A stretch of 63,061 nt of DNA, the filler included, from Octopus bimaculoides (Eukaryota): the NCBI RefSeq assembly GCF_001194135.2. It is 6 parts of 6 records of this genome, joined end to end, with 100 filler letters (N's around TTAATTAATTAA, not from the genome) between each part and the next. Parts side by side here need not be neighbours in the genome. Positions count along the whole stretch, not along the records: positions 60,265 to 63,061 come from NC_068991.1; 5 more parts are not named here. One strand, 5' to 3'. The notes beneath the pieces are model-generated. The model was not told the origin of the DNA. It saw only the letters and a list, made by a program, of their open reading frames with translations, and ran no database searches. The position numbers and the translations under genes were made by a program. Shown piece by piece: positions 60,378 through 63,061 of this stretch (positions are counted from its first letter, which is position 1; every line of letters begins with the position of its first letter).

Positions 60378-60590
60378 TCGGCGAGCTGGCAGAATTGTTA
60401 GTACGCCGGGCAAAATGCTTAGCGGTATTTCTTCTGCCGCTATGTTCTGAGTTCAAATCCCGCCGAGGTTGACTTTGCCTTTCATCTTTTCGGGGTCGAT
60501 AAATTAAGTACCAGTCAAGAACTGGGGTTGATGTAATCGACTAGCCCCTTCCCTACAAATTCGATGCCTTGTGCCAATGGTAGAAAGGAT
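60378..60590 (+). mobile_element. Near full-length Nin/Deu-like tRNA SINE
   Basis: GGCGAGCTGGCAGAATTGTTAG head; GAGTTCAAATCCCGCCGAGGTTGACTTTGCCTTTCATC...GTCGATAAATTAAGTACCAG. Confidence 0.88.
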
Positions 60591-63061
60591 TATTGATTCT
60601 CAAAGTGTACATTCGCGCATACACGATGCTCTGAGAATATGCCATTTTTATATTATTATGAAATTAAATTTTCCTTAGAGTACTTGTTGAAAATTCTTAT
60701 AATACTTCATGGAGAGTATTGCTCCACGAAGTATTCTGTCAGGGAAGGGGCGAGATAATTAAAATAGGTTTTCTTTTTCAGACGTCTATTAATGTATTTA
60801 CACTTAAACTTTTCACTTAAAAAATTTACAGGTTACAACAAAACATCACAACAGCAAACGAGGAAAAACAACACAAAATCAAAATTCACAGCTGAATAAA
60901 AAGAAGAGAAGAATGAACCTTTAAAAATGACCAGTTAATGATGTAAAAATACTCCGAACGGTCTAACAGGTAGTTTTTAAGATAGCAATATGAGCAACAA
61001 CAACAACAGTGGCGACATATGCACGTTAAATCGCTCATATAGTAATTGTGTTAAAGTTAATTGCCTTCATTTTTCAACGAACATAACATAATGTTTTGAC
61101 TTAAAGCTGCAAGCAGATAAGAAGAAGTTGAGAGAATTCTCTGAGACCAAAATGTGTTTCTTTGCCGCAGTGAATACAAAATTATACATTTGTGCTTTAA
61201 AAACGATGGTATGGGATAAATCTACCCTGAATCTATCTTCAAAGAAATCCTCTCAACCGAAGAACTCAACCAAAATGTAAGCTGAAATTGTCAAACATAC
61301 CTCTACTTATTCAGTGTTCTCCAGTACGTGGGGCAAAAATGCAAATGATAAGAGACATCAGAAATCTTGTAGATTAGTGGCTGGTTCTCACATCAGTATT
61401 GCAATATGGGCAAGTGAAAAAAACAAGAAAAAACTCAGAGCTATCGGAATGCGACTTGTGGTGAAGGGACGTCAAAATGGATTTACATGTCAAAATGATT
61501 CACAAAGACCACAAAGCTAGACTGAAACTGCACATACATTTCTATATTTAGCACATATGCTAGGACAACAACCTCCTAAGCAGACCGAGTGTAGATATGA
61601 ATAACATATGGGAACCGGTATTAAGGAAGGATAGAAAAATATTAGATTTATAAGCCCTAAAATTCACTTCATAATTGCTCACGGGCATATGGCGTAGTGG
61701 TTTCAGGCAGTGACCTGAATAAAAATAACATCGAAAAATACCTTAGACAACCCAGGTTCGAAATTTTCCCAAGACACCTGATGAAGGCTGGAGGTTAACA
61801 ACAAATAAGATGAGGACAAATATCCGTGAAATGTAAATAATGTAAATGAAACTGCACAGTTGACTATGCCGAAAGAATGGGTAAAAGATTGACGATACGG
61901 GGGAAACTGCTTAGTCGCTACATTTGTCGTAGTAGAAAGACCCTTTAATGCCTTTTGCCCTGAAGAAACAGAAAGGCTAAGCAAAGGTTATGGGGAAATG
62001 AAAGTAAAAATAAGAATCGAGACAGCAACAAAAACAACAAACCACAGTTTCCAGACCGCTGTCAATCAAAATTCCAAAACGGCAGAGAAATCGCTTTATA
62101 CACAGTTCTGGAAACACGAGAACAGATACCCTTTCCTCTAACAGTAACAACCAGTGGCACTCCTCTTTTGTTATGTGGCGAGAAAGAAATTATGATTGCT
62201 GAGCAGAGTGAGTGTATAACCTGTCGAAGAAAACACTGAAGGAAAAGCTCTCAAGAATAATAGGAAGACTTAACATAGAACAGCTAAAAAACTAATGCCC
62301 TTCCGCAAAAAAATTAACATAGCAAATGAAAAAGAGGACAAAGAATGGAGACTCGATATACTTCAAACATCAAACAGACAACTTGTAGGTAAAGCTCACA
62401 CATCTGTGGAGTAAAAATAATACAGGCACCATGCAAAAAATAGATTGTTAGTAAAATCAAAATTAAGAAACTATTATGAGCTACAACAATCTTACCCTAA
62501 AGGTATTGATTTCCAATCGCAGCCAACTCAAACCAGTATTTTTGGGTACAAAAGACAACTGTAATAACAATGACTGGAAGACAGAGATGTGGAGTCCTCT
62601 GTCCGATACTGCTTCTAATTTTTAGTCTATGACTTTTATAGAAGTAAATATGGTCCCGGGTTCTTGAGTAAAGTGAAGTTCTCTAAAGAGAATGAAATGT
62701 TTGTAAATGAAATTTAGAATCGACAATTAAAGTCAGAATCAACCATAGGGTTGGGGTGAGACAATAGAAAGTAATGTTGGTAAATATACTGCCAAAAATA
62801 TCTTATAATATGCTGTAACTAAATTATCACTTGATGGCAGTCAGAGAAATCAGAAAAAAAAAACAAAAAAAAAAACTGTCAGTGATATTTAGTGACAAGT
62901 TTAAAGAACAAGTTATTGGTTTGTGTTGCGTTAGTCGAGAAACGAATTTGCTGATAGAATAAAAATAGAACTCTAGGACTTGAATAAATTATAAAATTAA
63001 TTTTGTCATTCAAATAAATTTTATCATAATTTTTGTTTTGAAGTATTCAATTTTAATTACA

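Noticed and set aside
61960-62620. A-rich coding-like stretch, possibly an old LINE
   Set aside because: No diagnostic RT or endonuclease motif could be read; family cannot be supported.

Overview
AT-rich, repeat-saturated eukaryotic draft-genome sequence with many N gaps. The SINE families and microsatellite load suggest a cephalopod (octopus-like) genome; this is an inference. No intact, nameable host gene can be read. Recognisable content: (i) many decayed non-LTR retrotransposons of the RLE type (R4/Dong/NeSL-like), one Penelope-like RT fragment, an RTE remnant, two Tc1/mariner remnants and a possible hAT MITE; (ii) at least three tRNA-derived SINE families (CORE-like with an internal (TA)n tract, Nin/Deu-domain-like, and a second CORE-like family found as a tandem trimer); (iii) dozens of microsatellites; (iv) a ~1.9 kb CpG-rich, self-complementary 51-bp minisatellite with higher-order structure, sitting alone between two artificial 100-bp scaffold linkers (44N-TTAATTAATTAA-44N); (v) a degenerate 22-bp tandem array split by a SINE; (vi) a minimal type I hammerhead ribozyme-like motif at 33831-33878. 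Several short segments with canonical splice signals, especially in an ~8.4 kb repeat-free island at 18.4-26.8 kb and at ~52.5 kb, may be exons of unidentified genes or lncRNAs. Nearly all ORFs in the supplied track are artefacts of microsatellites, N gaps, the satellite or TE remnants. Element boundaries are approximate.
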